Positions 13,347 through 27,029 of a stretch of 64,000 bases of DNA are shown piece by piece. The DNA comes from Eledone cirrhosa (Eukaryota), in contig OZ024740.1 of assembly GCA_964016885.1 (NCBI GenBank), positions 174,220,001 to 174,284,000 on the forward strand, given 5' to 3'. The stretch's first letter is position 1; the number at the start of each line of letters is the position of its first letter. A program made the position numbers and the translations under genes. The notes under the pieces were generated by a model. It was not told the origin of the DNA. It did not search any database and saw only the letters and a program-made list of their open reading frames with translations.

Positions 13347-13439
<93 letters not shown>
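13347..13439. repeat. (TATC)n microsatellite
   Basis: Direct reading. Confidence 0.98.
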
Positions 13440-16400
13440 GTCGGACGTGCGGTAGATCGCTGGTAAGTTTTTGTAAAATTTTCTATACAAAAACAGTATT
13501 GTGTAAAAATTTATATTGTTTGATAGATTAACAACCATGCTGAATTGTCAGCTGAGTGGTAATCTTAGTTTTCGCCCCACTTTAATTAAAAAAATTGACA
13601 AGTTTTAAAAATTTTCCTAACTTTAACAATGTGTGACTTAGAGCGAACGCTAGACTGCGAGAAGAGAGGAAACAAAAGATGAAAATAACAGCCCACAACA
13701 GACACCAAAAAATGCAGAAAATGCAAAAATTGAAACAATTGACACAACTACACACGAAAAAACCAACAACAAAAAAAATGAAAAAACAACATTCGCACAG
13801 GCTGTGATAAAGAAAACAGTACAAACACATCGACATAAGCAACTCCAAACAAATGTTGACCGATGCAAAACAATTCATAACCTTTGAAGAAAAGGGTGGG
13901 TTTCATATAAACTCACCCTTGCAAATTAAACGAGAAACAGTTCGAAGGACAGTAAACTTCAGAACTGTTTCAAATCAAACGAAAAAAAACAGTATTCCTC
14001 AGTCAAGGAGAAATTGAAACAACCTTGAAAGAGGCTCTGCCGGACATTGATTTTATGCAGAGGGCCAGACTATATGGAAGTATTTCGATACTTTTTAAAA
14101 GCGAGGCCCTCGCACAAAAGCATTCTGTTACACCAGTCATCACAAAAACACACACCTTTTACCTACTTACATGGGAAAAAGAACTAAAAAAATTAAAATA
14201 AATAATATACCACCAAACATCAACATTTGGTGGATCTTGGCAGGTTTTATAGAGCCAGAAAGTAATACAATTCTTTCGGTCAGGAAGTCGACCAGACAAA
14301 GGTGGGCAGGGACAAATTTGGAAATTCTGATACAAATGACACCAGAAAGAATTTCCAAAATCCCCGAAAGAGTGGTGGTCGACAACCAGAACTACATCAA
14401 TATCGTAACTGGGGGCAGAAAGCCACACTGTTTTCGATGTGCAAGCACATCACACACAAAAGCCTCCTGCCCTTTACAAACAAATCTTTAAAAAAAAGTA
14501 CTTTTACCAACACCAACACCAAAACAATCACCACCACCACCACCACCACAACAACAACAGACGAAACGAGCAAACACACCAAAACGAACAGCCACTCAAC
14601 CAACAGCAACAGAAAAAACACAGACAACACCCCTGAAGAATACATCCCCACCCCATCCCACTCCATAAAACACTACCACAAACACACACCGAAACACCAC
14701 CACCACACAACATACCCCTACCCCACACTCCTGACGATGAATATTCATCGACATATGAGGCTGCTTCTCCTTCTTTAAGTGAAGAAGAAGAGCCTCGGAA
14801 ATCTAAAAAACAAAAAGAGACACCACAAAACCCCCAAAACTCCAATCACCAACACCAACACACAACCACAGACACAAACAACAACACAAACAACACCACA
14901 GTCAAACATCCCCCTACCAGCAAAAATGTTCTGGGAACGTCTCGCTCCTTACTTTTAGTGGGGGACTGGAATGGTATCCTAGATGCACGATGGGACTATG
15001 TGGGAGCATGTCCCAGTAGAGCGGGGTGAAACACCCTCAAAACTTTAATCGGTCAATTCCAACTGGCCGATAGGTATCGACTGGATTTCCCGACTGCACC
15101 ACAGTGGACGTGGGCAAACCGTAGCGGGACATCTAGATCGTATTTAGATAGGTTCTTCATTAGAGAAAGGGACAAGGAGATATTAAGCTGTCCACGAATG
15201 CACATGGTTGTCTATTCAGATCACAAGTTAGTCGTCTGCTTAGTCAACCGTGATAGAATACATAGACAGGGACCCGGATACTGGAAGCTGAACGTGTCGT
15301 TGCCGGCACGTAAAGCTTACAGTGAACGGATAAGTAGACTAGTCAAGCAACAGTTAACGGGAGCCATCGTCAACAATAGATGGTGGTACTCTCTCAAGAA
15401 AGCAATTAGAATAGAATCGATAGGGTATAACAGAGAGTTAGCCTTAGAGAAAAACAGAATAGAAAGAGAACTAGTAGCCAAGGTAGAGGAGGCACTTAGA
15501 AGTGGCAACGCGGCTAGAGTGTTAGCGTCGAGAACGGCACTGGACCAGTTCTTCGATGCGAAACACGAAGGCTGTGTGATCAGAAGCAAAACACGTGCTC
15601 TAGGAAACGAAGGAGCGAAAGCTGTCAGCTGGGCCCGAGTGGCGGGGCAAAAAGTGGCAACAAGTCCACGATTCGGTCTTTGAAAGACCAACACGGACGC
15701 GTGCTACTTGACCCCAAGCAAATGTGCACGGCCTTTCAGCGGCACTTTGCGCGACCGTTTGAGCAGAACGACGGTGAGCCGAACGGGGCAATGGACTTTA
15801 GTTCATACCTCAACGGCCTGCCGTGTCTCTCGAACACGGACGCCGAGTTCTGCGAAAGACTGATCATGGACACTGAGATACGGGACGCTCTGGGCCGCTG
15901 CGGGAAACGCAAGTCACCCGGTCTAGATGGTCTACCCTACGAGTTTTACATAGGCATGCCGGACTTGTTCTCTGGCGTCCTCGAAGCCGTCTACTGCAAT
16001 TGGTAGCAGAACGGGAGAATTCCCAGTTCTGCAGGCAAGGGTGTAGTAACGCTGATCAGGAAAGACGAGAACAAGGGGGACGAAATTAACAACTTCAGGC
16101 CCATAAATCTGCTCAACACAGAGTTAAAGATTTTGGCCAAGGTGCTAGCGACGCGGTTGGCGCTTGTCGTCGAGAACCTGGTAGGGAAAGCGCAAACGTG
16201 TGCAATCCCGACCAGGTCCATACACGACAACCTGACGGTAATGGTGTCGAGCACCTCGAAAATCGGGGTGATCGGCAACATACTGAAAGAATACGAAACG
16301 TTGACAGGAGCAAAACTAAACCCGGACAAGTCTGTCGGTTTGCAACTCGGTACGTGGAGAGGAAAACCGATGACGTCCGACAGCGCCTTTGGACGCTGGA

Positions 16401-17839
16401 CGGACGGACCGGTGAAATTGCTCGGGGTCTGGTTCGGTCCAGACCTCCATGTGGAGAAAAACTGGAACGAGGTCACGGCCAAGGTGTTTGCACTCACCCA
16501 GAAGTGGGCAGAGTGCAAACTGTCCTTGAAAGGTCGAGCGGAGGTGGCGAACACTTTCATAGCGTCCGTCATCTACTACCGCTTGACTGTCGTGCCTTGT
16601 CCCCGTGAACACCTCGCCAAGATGGAACGCATGCTCTTCCAGTTTCTGTGAAATAAGTAGGCTCCGCTGGTGAGGAGATCCGTTTGCTGCCAGTACCCTT
16701 CCAACGGAGGGCTGGGAATGCCGTGGCTGATGATGCGCAAACATGCGCTGAGGCTGCGGCATCTCCAGGTATTCCTCACCGACCCCCAACCGGTGTGGGC
16801 ACCGTTTGTGAGACAGGCTTTCCCACAGCTCGTCTCGTTGACGGAGCTGCAGTCCTGGGTCAAGAAAAGACCGAAAACGATGGGCGCCTGGCACATTGAA
16901 TGCGCCCAGGCGCTCACAGTCCTCTGGCAAGCGGGCGCAGCAATCAGTGGAGACTCCACTTCGACATTCTATAGAGGGATTGTACGTTACAAGGGCGACG
17001 ACGTGCTCGGAGAGACTTTGGGCGTCGAAGACGATGAGCTCACCAGTCTGTTTGGTAGGACTTTCCTCCCGGGACCTATAGAAAACTTCCAGAGGTCTCT
17101 GGCCTGGCAGTGCTACCGAGGAGCTCTACCAGTTCGTGACAAGAACTACAGGCACGGACGCCCCGGCAGGGATCCTTCCAAGAGGACGTGTCCAAGATGC
17201 GCGCAGGACATTGAAACAGTCCTGCACGCAATTGTACACTGCCCGGGCGTAACCGACCTGTGGAACTATGCAGAACAACTGCTGTCGCGTATGGGACAAA
17301 TCCAGTTGACTTCCGAGTCCATAGTAAGGATCAAACCGCCAGCCTCTTTCAAAAATGAAAGAGAGGCGGTTTTCCTCTGTACGGTGGCTATGGTGAAAGA
17401 AGTTATATGGTGGACGAGGTTGAGAGGACTGAGGTCAGATGCCTTTCTCTCCGGACAACAATTGATTCCCTTCTTTAAGTATCACTTTAGAAGGAGAATC
17501 ATGGTGGAGAGAGAGGCACTGCACCACAGTAAATTTACTGAAAGGTGGGTGAATGAAGCGAAAATGGCCCGAGTGATTGGGCCTTCTCTGATTGGGCCTG
17601 TAGGTTGAAGAAGAGAGCAAAAGGAAGAAAGGAGCACTTGCACAACACGCTCCTGGAGTTGAGGGTTGTTCTATCGACGGGGTATTAAACAACCCATTTG
17701 TGGCGCCTTTCCCCTATTGGGGATTTCGATTGTTGTAATTGTTTGTTTTTATATTTTTTACACGACTGTATGTAAAATCCCCGGCATGTCTTTGTATTGT
17801 CCCCTTTTCTTGTGCGCCCTTGTGGCTAATAAAGAAATA
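13440..17839 (+). mobile_element. Tx1/L1-clade LINE, both ends present, internally deleted and inactive
   Basis: ORF1 knuckle CFRCASTSHTKASCP. APE remnants LLVGDWN, SRSYLDR, YSDH. RT KSPGLDGLPYEFY and NFRPINLLNTELKILAK, then a deletion of the RT core (IHDNL joined to TVMVSS). C-terminal CPRC..ETVLHAIVHC. 3' end AATAAAGAAATA followed by TATCTATC. Confidence 0.9.
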
Positions 17840-17847
17840 TATCTATC

Positions 17848-18290
17848 AGTTTAAGTTCTGACTTCCACACCGATCTTAAACTGTGACACGCTGCACAGGC
17901 TCTGCTCTTTCTCTCCAACGCATCATCCTCTCCGTTTCCAGTCTTTACTCTCAGATACTCGAAGTCCTCATCTAGCTCTAGCGGCTTCCCACTCACATTC
18001 ATAATCTCCTCTGGCTCCTTGATGTTCTCTACAAAGTACTTCATCTTATTCTCATTCATTCTCAACCCCACACTAATCAACACAGTCACCACCTCTCGCA
18101 TCAATTGCTCTGCCGCTTACACTGTGTTTGTCACCAGCGCTATGTCTTCAGCAAATTCAGTATCTGATATCTTTTTAGCCTTAACTCTCCTGTTCTGAGC
18201 AGTGAAGCCTGAGTGTTCGTGTTTCTCCAGTGCTAGGCGCATACAATAGTCCACTGCGATGATGAAAAGGTAGGGAGCCCTGGAGTACTC
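17848..18290 (-). mobile_element. LINE RT fragment (RTE-like)
   Basis: Minus strand reads APYLFIIAVDYCMR..ISDTEFAEDIAL..VGLRMNENKMKY..DFEYL. Confidence 0.7.
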
Positions 18291-18694
18291 CACCCTCCTC
18301 CCTTACTAATCTGATCACCTAGGTATCGGAAGCTATTAACCTATAGATCCTACCTGCATTTGAAAAATGTGTCTATCACTGCGACTACTACTGCCAAATT
18401 TCCCTGTGCATCTACTGCATATGTAGTTTTCCCTACCTGTTAGTTTGCCTGCTATCCCACTACATCTCTTGTGTACCCAAGATCTGCATTGTGTACAATT
18501 TATAGAATTTATGCCAACTCCTTTCCTACATACCGAACATGGCCATTTCCCTATAAATATATGATTCGTGTGTTTTATTTCTTTTTAATATTGTTTTCAA
18601 TAGAATTGCACAGTAAAAATCTTTTAATCATATTTTATTTAACAGATTGTTTTTGTTCAAACTCACTGACGTTACTGAAGTTAGGCTATCATTA

Positions 18695-18874
18695 TGGCAG
18701 TACCGGTAGAGAGTCGGACACCATGCTTTGACGCATAGAGTTACGGCCCCTTCCATTCTGAGTTCAAACCCCGCCGAGGTCAACTTTGCCTTTCATCCTT
18801 ACGGGGTCGATAAAATAAAGTACCAGTAATGTACTGGGTAATTGCTGGCCTTGTGCCAAAAGTAGAAACAATTA
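18695..18874 (+). mobile_element. tRNA-derived SINE (Meta-domain type)
   Basis: Same family motifs. Confidence 0.88.
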
Positions 18875-19265
18875 TATATTTAAAAGATATACCAAAATCA
18901 TATACTAGTTATGTAAAACTATCATGTTATACTAACATATGCCCTCAGGATATACCAACAGAATATAACAGCATAGTATATTACAACCATATTATACAAA
19001 TATAGTTTACAAACATAATATGTCACAATGATACATCCACATGATATATTAACATGATCTACAAGCATATTATACTATTAATATGATATATTAACAGGCT
19101 GAACTAACAGGAATATTAGACCTATTAACCTGAATGTCAGTAAAATATGAACCATGTCGTGATGAAATCCACGTCTTTTTGTTGATAGCTAGATGTAATT
19201 AATACTACATCATATATCTGAATCAATAAACTTTGCTTTTAAATAGTACCAAATGATCTGTTTAA

Positions 19266-19486
19266 CCCTTTAGCATTTACATTACTCTATATATACTATT
19301 GTAATTTTATGGTAAAGGCTTAATCTTACATAATTATTTCACACATTATCGAATCTAAGAGATTTTGAAGTTATTTATTTTGAGAACAATACCTTACCGT
19401 CGGTATGAGCGACCAGTTACGGCTGGTTTGAACAGAAAGAGGTGAGAGAATTCTGGCTACATATAGCCGGTTTAAATGTTAAAGGA
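19266..19486. mobile_element. piggyBac-type MITE, copy 1
   Basis: TTAA|CCCTTTAGCATTTA ... TAAATGTTAAAGG. Aligns along its length with 21906-22126. Confidence 0.75.
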
Positions 19487-19699
19487 GCTTTCCAAACTTT
19501 TCATATTGGTGTCAGACATTTTAAAAATAAAATTATTTGTAACACATTAAATTTGATTAACAAAGCTAAATGTTTAATGTAAAATATATACAAAAGGAAA
19601 TAATTCAATTTGATATTTGAGCCAGAGGTGAAGAAAACTTCTTGGGTATTTACTGGAGTGTTTGATAAAGATACTTTTGTAACAGCATATTATATTATA

Positions 19700-19870
19700 A
19701 CCATAATCATCATCACTGTTTAACGTCCATTTTTTCATGCTTGCATGGGTCAGACAGGTCGTCCATGTCAAGAGACAAGTCTGGCCAGGATATACCTTGC
19801 TCTGGTAGGACTGTAAATTTGGTTTTTACAGCTGGATGCCCTTCCTAACTTCAACCACATTTACAGTGTC
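19700..19870 (-). mobile_element. RTE-type 3' end with (GAT)n tail
   Basis: Minus-strand GACCCATGCAAGCATGAAAAAATGGACGTTAAACAGTGATGATGAT resembles the 3' end at about 58325-58377. Confidence 0.6.
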
Positions 19871-21044
19871 CCAACATAATATACAAGAATGATATGCCAT
19901 AATGATATACCAAAATAATATATTTACATGATCTACAAACATGTTATACTGTCAACATACTGTAACATTTTAAAACTTCTTCTATTCAACCATTTTATGA
20001 CTGTGTTTCTAAAGAAAAACATTGCCTATGATTTTTAAATAAATTTTAAGATAATCAAGAATTTGGAGGGACAAGTAATATTACTAACTTTCTCAATATA
20101 AATGTGATGTTTGGTTCATAAAGATTTTTACAAGAAACTATGATGGAATATTTTTAGATAAATTTAAACACCTTAAAATAGATAAATTTATATTGTAGAA
20201 CCAAAAGAGTTTATTGCAGTTGAAAATCTACATTTTAATTATATATGTAGTTCAAAACACCAACTGAATGTTTAGTGCTTTTATAGCTATATGTAGATGC
20301 TTCTCTAAAACATAAATCCCAAACTTCCAAATTTACTATCTTTATATATCATAAATAAACTCCAATTATTTTTTGTATCAATTTTTCTACTTCAACCAGT
20401 GAAAATGTTTGTTGAAGATGAAACTAATGGATTTCTGATCTAATCATTTTCTTGTATTTGGATATTTGGGAAGTCCTCAATTTCTCTTCAAGCAATGTTA
20501 TATGGTTAAAGTTTAAATGACTAATATCATATTTTAAGTCACACTTAGTGCTTTTGGAAAACATTTCAACATTTCCCTCTCATTTTTCTATTCAGATCAC
20601 TATTTTATTTTTTCAACTGAAGTTAAGATATTTACTTTCCTGCCTTGCATGCTGGTATTTATTACATTTTAAAGGTTATATGTGTCAGCGAGGTATGCTT
20701 TTCTTTGTGCACACAAGTTTTTATTTTTAAATCAAGTCTCAAAATTCATTGTTGATTCACTTTTAAATGTAAAATAATTTACTAAACAAGTAAATTATCG
20801 TACTGCATGTAACCAATCGCATATCTAATCATACACAACCTTGTCAGTTTTCAAATATTCTTCACAACTAAACATGCATAAAGACTAATTAGATTTAAGT
20901 TGATTTTGTGACACATCTATAGATTAGTGGTGATATACTAAAGTGTTGTAACACAGAGTTTGGAAACCTCTACCATAAGCTCTCTGACAATATCTACTCT
21001 CATGTTAATATTTTTCTACATTGATGCAGTAAGACTCTTTGTTT

Positions 21045-21670
21045 TTAAACTACTTGTGGCTTTCTCGGTGACCTAATTAGCAGCAGGGGAGGTTGCTCTG
21101 AGAGCATAATAGCTAGAATAAGGATAGCATGGAAGAAGTTTAGAGCTACACCTTCAGCTGACAACAAAGAGTTTCTTCCTATGTATGAAAGGACGGCTGC
21201 ATGAAGCCTATGTATGAAGTGTGATGCTGCATAGTAGTAAAATATGGGCAGTAACTGCAGAGAACATGTGAAGGCTGGAGAGAAATGAAGCAACCAAGTT
21301 TTTTTAATGTACAATGTAAATGTAAGAGAACAGCAGAGCTTGAATAAACTGAGGAAGAAACTGAGTTTAAGAATAATCTGAGGTGGTATGCAAGAGAGAA
21401 GACTGCATTGGTGTGGGCATGTGATGTGCAAGGATGATGATTGCTGGGTGAAAAAGTGTTATGAAATTACAATAGAGGGAAGTCACACTAGAAGTAGTCC
21501 AAGGAAGACCTGGGCCGTGGCGAGAGCTGATTCCAAATTGCTGAGATTCATAGAAAAGATAATGAAGGAATACAATGAGTGGAGAGATGCTGTGTTGAAA
21601 GGACCCATCCAACCCATGCAAAAATTGAAAAATGGACGTAAAAACAATGATGATGATAACATGATGCAGT
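21045..21670 (+). mobile_element. degenerate 3' fragment of RTE LINE (same family as 57150-58377)
   Basis: QERRLHWCGHV..DDCWVKKC..PRKTW, followed by a GATGATGAT tail. Confidence 0.8.
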
Positions 21671-21905
21671 GAGCAAATAAAAATTGTCTAATCAATTAGG
21701 ATTACACCCACAATGAAGAGGAAAGTCATATGTTAATGAATGAGAGCATGCATTAGAGAGGAAGTTTGATATTTTGTATGCACGATAACAGATTTGAACA
21801 TTTTTTGGTTTTATTAAATCTCCTTATTGAAACACAATCATGTATACTAGACCGTTATAATGACTGAGAAAATAAAAATCTTAAGTGAAAATCATTCCCA
21901 GTTAA

Positions 21906-22126
21906 CCCTTTAGCATTTAGAGTACTCTATATTTACTATTGTATTTTCACAGTGAAGGCTTTATTTCACATAATCATCTCACATAATATCGAATCTATGA
22001 GATTTTGATGTTATTTATATTGAGAATATTCCTTAATATCAGTATGAGTGGCCAGTTATGGCCAGTTTGAACAGGAAGTGATGTGAAAAATTCTGGTTGG
22101 ATACGGCCAGTTTAAATGCTAAAGTG
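21906..22126. mobile_element. piggyBac-type MITE, copy 2
   Basis: TTAA TSDs at 21902-21905 and 22127-22130. TIR CCCTTTAGCATTTA / TAAATGCTAAAGTG. Confidence 0.82.
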
Positions 22127-22632
22127 TTAAGACAATGTAAAATAATACCAGGGAGGAGAGGAATTCTCCAGGGATGCCTTCTACATCAAGAACACATATA
22201 TATATATATGTTAATGTGGATATATATATGTGGAAATATGTTTTGGGTTAGAACGAAAGCCTGTTGAGAAAGTAAATTCCTCTGTTCGATCTTCCAGAAG
22301 CCTATCTTCTATACACCACAAGCGGATTTTGTTGATTTCGGATTTACAGAAACCTCACTTAGATATTCAGTAATTTCGAAGTGATGGTCCAGGTATGTTA
22401 TATATACAGATATGTGCATATATGTATGTATGTATGTATATTCTTATATGTATATATGTGTGTGTGTGTATCCTTTTCTCCCTAGTCAGTTCTTTCGTTG
22501 CTACAGATCACGCGGCTGAATTAGCGGTCGGTATTTTCAATTTGCAAAGCCCTTTAAACTGTATGTTATTACTCTGAGGTCTACTCCTCGTTGAGTGCTT
22601 GGCTGCTGATCGAACTTTGAATATGCTGTACT

Positions 22633-22711
<79 letters not shown>

Positions 22712-22717
<6 letters not shown>

Positions 22718-22842
22718 AATGGCTTCTACAGGACTTCACTTCTAGTCCTGTAGAAGCCATTTCTATATTAAATATTTATACTCTGATATGTATTGAATAC
22801 CTTGCTTACTGTGGTTACCCACCAATTGAACCTGGGATAAAT

Positions 22843-22845
<3 letters not shown>
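22712..22845 (+). mobile_element. fold-back mini-insertion (probable PLE 3' end with inverted 5' part)
   Basis: Perfect stem of about 25 bp with an 8-nt loop, right after (TA)n, then a tail homologous to the reverse complement of about 46650-46730. Confidence 0.6.
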
Positions 22846-22932
<87 letters not shown>

Positions 22933-23245
22933 GCATTCGTAAGTTTTATATCGAATAATAAAAATATTTGATGCAAGCAAACAGCCTATGTGTTTTAGAG
23001 GACTATCGTCATCCTTTTGTGCTAGCGGTAGCAAGGAGAAACAATCAACAATAATATTGTTTCTGGGTTATTGCCTTTTGTCAAGATTGTGTAACTCTCT
23101 TCTCTTTCACACACAAGAGCTCTTGAGAATGTATAGTATTCTTTAAAATATACATCGGCTGCTTAGCTTAATTTGCATACCGAGTGATTTTATGACTGGC
23201 TTTACCGAAAATTAAAAACAAAATTAATTTCGCTCCAACATAGAG

Positions 23246-23301
<56 letters not shown>

Positions 23302-23304
<3 letters not shown>

Positions 23305-23580
23305 AATATAACGTCCAGTTACTGTAGGTTCACCAAAGTGAGCATTCAGTACGTAGTTTCCAGACGGTAAAGAGGTGTAGAACTAAGCAGAGTGTAATTG
23401 TAATAATAATAATAAAAAGGATGATTTGTTATGTCTTCGTTACGTTTATTGAGTAGCGACGTGCGTTTCGCTATTGATCAGCTGAACTTTCGATCTGCAT
23501 CGATCTAGCCTGAATCTGGAATTAAAAGCTCATCGGACCTGGCTGTGGTCAATAATGAAGACATAACAAATCCTACTTTA
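23302..23580 (-). mobile_element. PLE-type 3' pseudo-LTR with hammerhead-like motif
   Basis: Lies between two (TA)n tracts. Minus strand has CCGATGA-gct..agc-GAAAC-gcac-GTC at 23458-23536 and a 16-bp inverted repeat at 23423-23438/23557-23572. Confidence 0.55.
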
Positions 23581-23649
23581 TATATATATATATAAGAGAC
23601 ACCAGACGCAAGAGGCAGAGAAACACCCAAGGCAAGTGCTTCCTTAAAA

Positions 23650-25825
23650 TACCACACCTGTTTAGCAGAGTTATGGGCCGGAAGTTGCCTATGTCATCCC
23701 CCTTATTCTCGTCCTTCCTGACTAGCGTGACTACGCCCTTGGTCACAGAAATGGGAATTCTCCTGCTTTGCGGCGAAGAACTGGTCCAAGGCCGTTCTCG
23801 TCGCTAGCACGCTGGCTACGTTGCCACTTCTAAGTGCCACTTCTACTTTATCTACCAGTTCCTTTTCGGTCTTATTTCTATCTAACGCTAATTCTTTACT
23901 AAAACCTATCGAGTCTAATCTAATTGCGCTCTTGAGAGAGTACCACCATCTGTTGTTGACAATGGCCCCCGTCAAGTGCTGCTTAACTAAAGTGCTAATC
24001 CGTCTACTGTAGGCTTTGTATGTCGGTAACGACAAGTTCAGCTTCCAGTAGCCGGGTCCCTGCCTATGGGTGGTGTCAAGGTTGACTAAGCAGGTCACTA
24101 ATTTGTGATCTGAATAGGCAACCATCCTTCTTTCTAACTAGAACCGCTGAAATTAGTCCACGTCCACAGTGGCACAGTCGGAAAATCTAGTCGATATCTA
24201 TCGGCCAGGTCAAATCGGCGGATTAACCGTTTGAGGCTGTTACACACCTCTCTATCGGGACATGCTCCCACATAGTCACAACATGCATCTAGGATTCCAT
24301 TCCAGTCTCCCACTAAAGGCAAGGAGCGAGACGTTCCCAGAAAAGCCTCTAGACGTTTGAAGAAGTCTGGCCGCGGAGTCCCGGATGGGGCATATGCGTC
24401 CACCAGCCTGAAGACTCCACCTTCACTACCGTCAACGTCTAGGACCACCAGTCGACCCTCCAGGTCCAGATGTATCGTCTGTGTTACGAGGCCCAGGTGT
24501 TTCCTCATCAAAAACGCCAACCCCGCCCCCACCTCCCGGCTGACATAGAGATGCGTAGATCTCATAGTCATCGAAGATGGGAGCCAGCTGTCGCTCGCAG
24601 TGGATCCTGGACTCGCAGATGGCAATTACATCCATATCATATTGTGCGACCTGAGGTCGTTTAGGAGTTTGCCCTGTTTCCAGGGCATCCCCAGGCCGCG
24701 CACATTCACACAACCGACTCTTACATTCGCCATGTCGGTGAGGAAGAGTTAGAAAAGAAGAGGAAAGAATTCACTCACCTCCCTGCTTCCTGGGGACCAG
24801 GCTGCACAATGTCCATGGAGGTGTTGCAGGGGTGTTTGGTGGGGTGGGGGTGTCTGGGGTTAGGGTGCGGAAACATTTTAAAAGGACGCGGTTAATGGGT
24901 TTAACACAAGGATTACCTTTAGGAAAGTTTTCCTTTAAAGACTTATAGGTGTCTGTAGGGATCCTAATCATCTTTAAATTAGGTCTGTCTGCACAGTTCG
25001 AAAAAGTTTTCCCTTCGGTGAAAACCGAAAGGTCGTGGGAGATGACCTCCATTAAAGTTTTGTTTTCACTGTTTATGTATGTGTAATGTTCTTGTGTTGG
25101 TTTTTGTCTGTTGTTCTTGTGTCAGCTTTCGTTTTGTTGTAGGTGTTTGTGTTTGGAGTGATGTCGTGGTTTTGTTTTCGGGACGGGAGGTTTGTTGTTC
25201 ATTTTGTAGGTTTCTTTTTATGGTGGGCATTTGTGTTTGGGGTGGTGTAGGTTTTTTTGCTGGTAGGGGGGGGGGGGGTTGTGGTGGTGTTTGTGTTGTT
25301 ATTTGTGTTGGTGGTTGTGTGTTTGTGTTGGTGATTGTTGTTTTTGTGGCTTTGTGGTGTCTCTTTTTTTTTCTTTTTTTTTACGAGGCTCTCCTTCATC
25401 TTCACTTGGGGATGGAGAAGTAGCCTTGTCTGGTGATGAATCGTCATCAGGGGCGTGTGGGAGGGGTATGTTGTGTTTGTCTGTGTAATTGTGGTAGTGT
25501 TGGATGGAGTGGCATGGGGTGGGACTGTTTTTCAGGGGAATTATTTGTGTTTTTTTCTGTTGTTTGTGGTTGAACAGTTGTTTGCTTTTGTGTGTTTGCT
25601 TGTTTTGTGTGTTGTTGTTGTTATGGTTTTGGAGTTGGTGTTGGTAAAAGTACTTTTTTGGGGTGGTGGTGTTTGTTCGTAAGAGGGGACTGGAGGCCTT
25701 TAAATGCTATGTGCTCGCGCATTTAAAACAATGTGGCCCCCCCTCCATCTGCCGAAATGTGGATGTAATTGGTATCGTCTACTGGCACCCTTTCTGGTAT
25801 CTTGGAAATTCTGTCCGGTTTCATT
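23650..25825 (-). mobile_element. Tx1/L1-like LINE fragment (ORF1 end, APE endonuclease, RT start)
   Basis: ORF2 start MANVRVGCVNVRGL at about 24733. Further motifs LVGDWN, YSDH, GPGYWKLN and NFRPITLLN. Homologous to about 14330-16120. Confidence 0.88.
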
Positions 25826-25920
25826 AAAATAAAGTACCAGTAACACACCGGAGTTGATTTAATCGACTTTTTCCTTTCCTTCCCATTTCTGGTCTTGTGC
25901 CAAAAGTAGAAACAATTATT
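25826..25920 (+). mobile_element. 3' part of Meta-type SINE
   Basis: TAAAATAAAGTACCAG...CTTGTGCCAAAAGTAGAAACAATTATT. Confidence 0.75.
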
Positions 25921-26040
25921 AGACTATTTCTTTAGTAAAAAAAATAAGGTGAAGCTACTAATTCAATTCAATTTTGCAAATTCCACCACCGGCTTCTCAT
26001 CACGTGATGTTTATGTATGTACACACACACACACACATAC

Positions 26041-26140
<100 letters not shown>

Positions 26141-26190
26141 CTGTGTGTATAAATATATACATCCAGAGGCACATACCAACACACACATAA

Positions 26191-26225
<35 letters not shown>

Positions 26226-26820
26226 TGGCAATTTTTCAAAAGAATTTTAGGAGTTCTTTCCAACTAGTTCGAAACAGCACATCGATGAAAAAGGGCTTTC
26301 GGCCAAAAGATATATTCTTTGGTGCCAAACATGCATAGCTTAGTTACCTTAGTTGTTAACTCATTCCACCTAATTTGGCTTCGTGGCAGCTTTTTGAAGG
26401 TGCGGAAATAGACTCACATCAGCACACGCGCACCTATACTCTCAATTTCTTTTTCTAATTGCTTTACCCACTTTCTGTCTATCTTTCTCCTTTTCTTTAT
26501 TATGTTCTCCTTTTGTGACGTGCACCCCCCCCCCCCACCGTATTTTTCATTTCTTCATATTAACATGATTTATGTTGTTCCTTATCTGTCATTCTTTCGC
26601 TATTTTCATTATCTTCACTATGCGCACTTTATCACTGTGAATCATATATATTCTTATTGTAGACATAAACATACCATCACATAAACATACACACACATAC
26701 ACACACATACACACTCATACACACACATATACACACATATACACACGTTCAGAGTACTATACATTGCTAATTCTTTACACATAATCATCTATCTATCTAT
26801 CTATCTACTATCTATCTACC

Positions 26821-26853
<33 letters not shown>

Positions 26854-26884
26854 CTATCTATCTATCTTTTTTCTCCCCCCTCTC

Positions 26885-27020
<136 letters not shown>

Positions 27021-27029
27021 TGTGTGTGT

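Noticed and set aside
16316-16959. Antisense ORFs of 127-204 aa over the Tx1 ORF2 (and similar over other LINEs)
   Set aside because: They are shadow frames of GC-rich coding sequence with no motifs.
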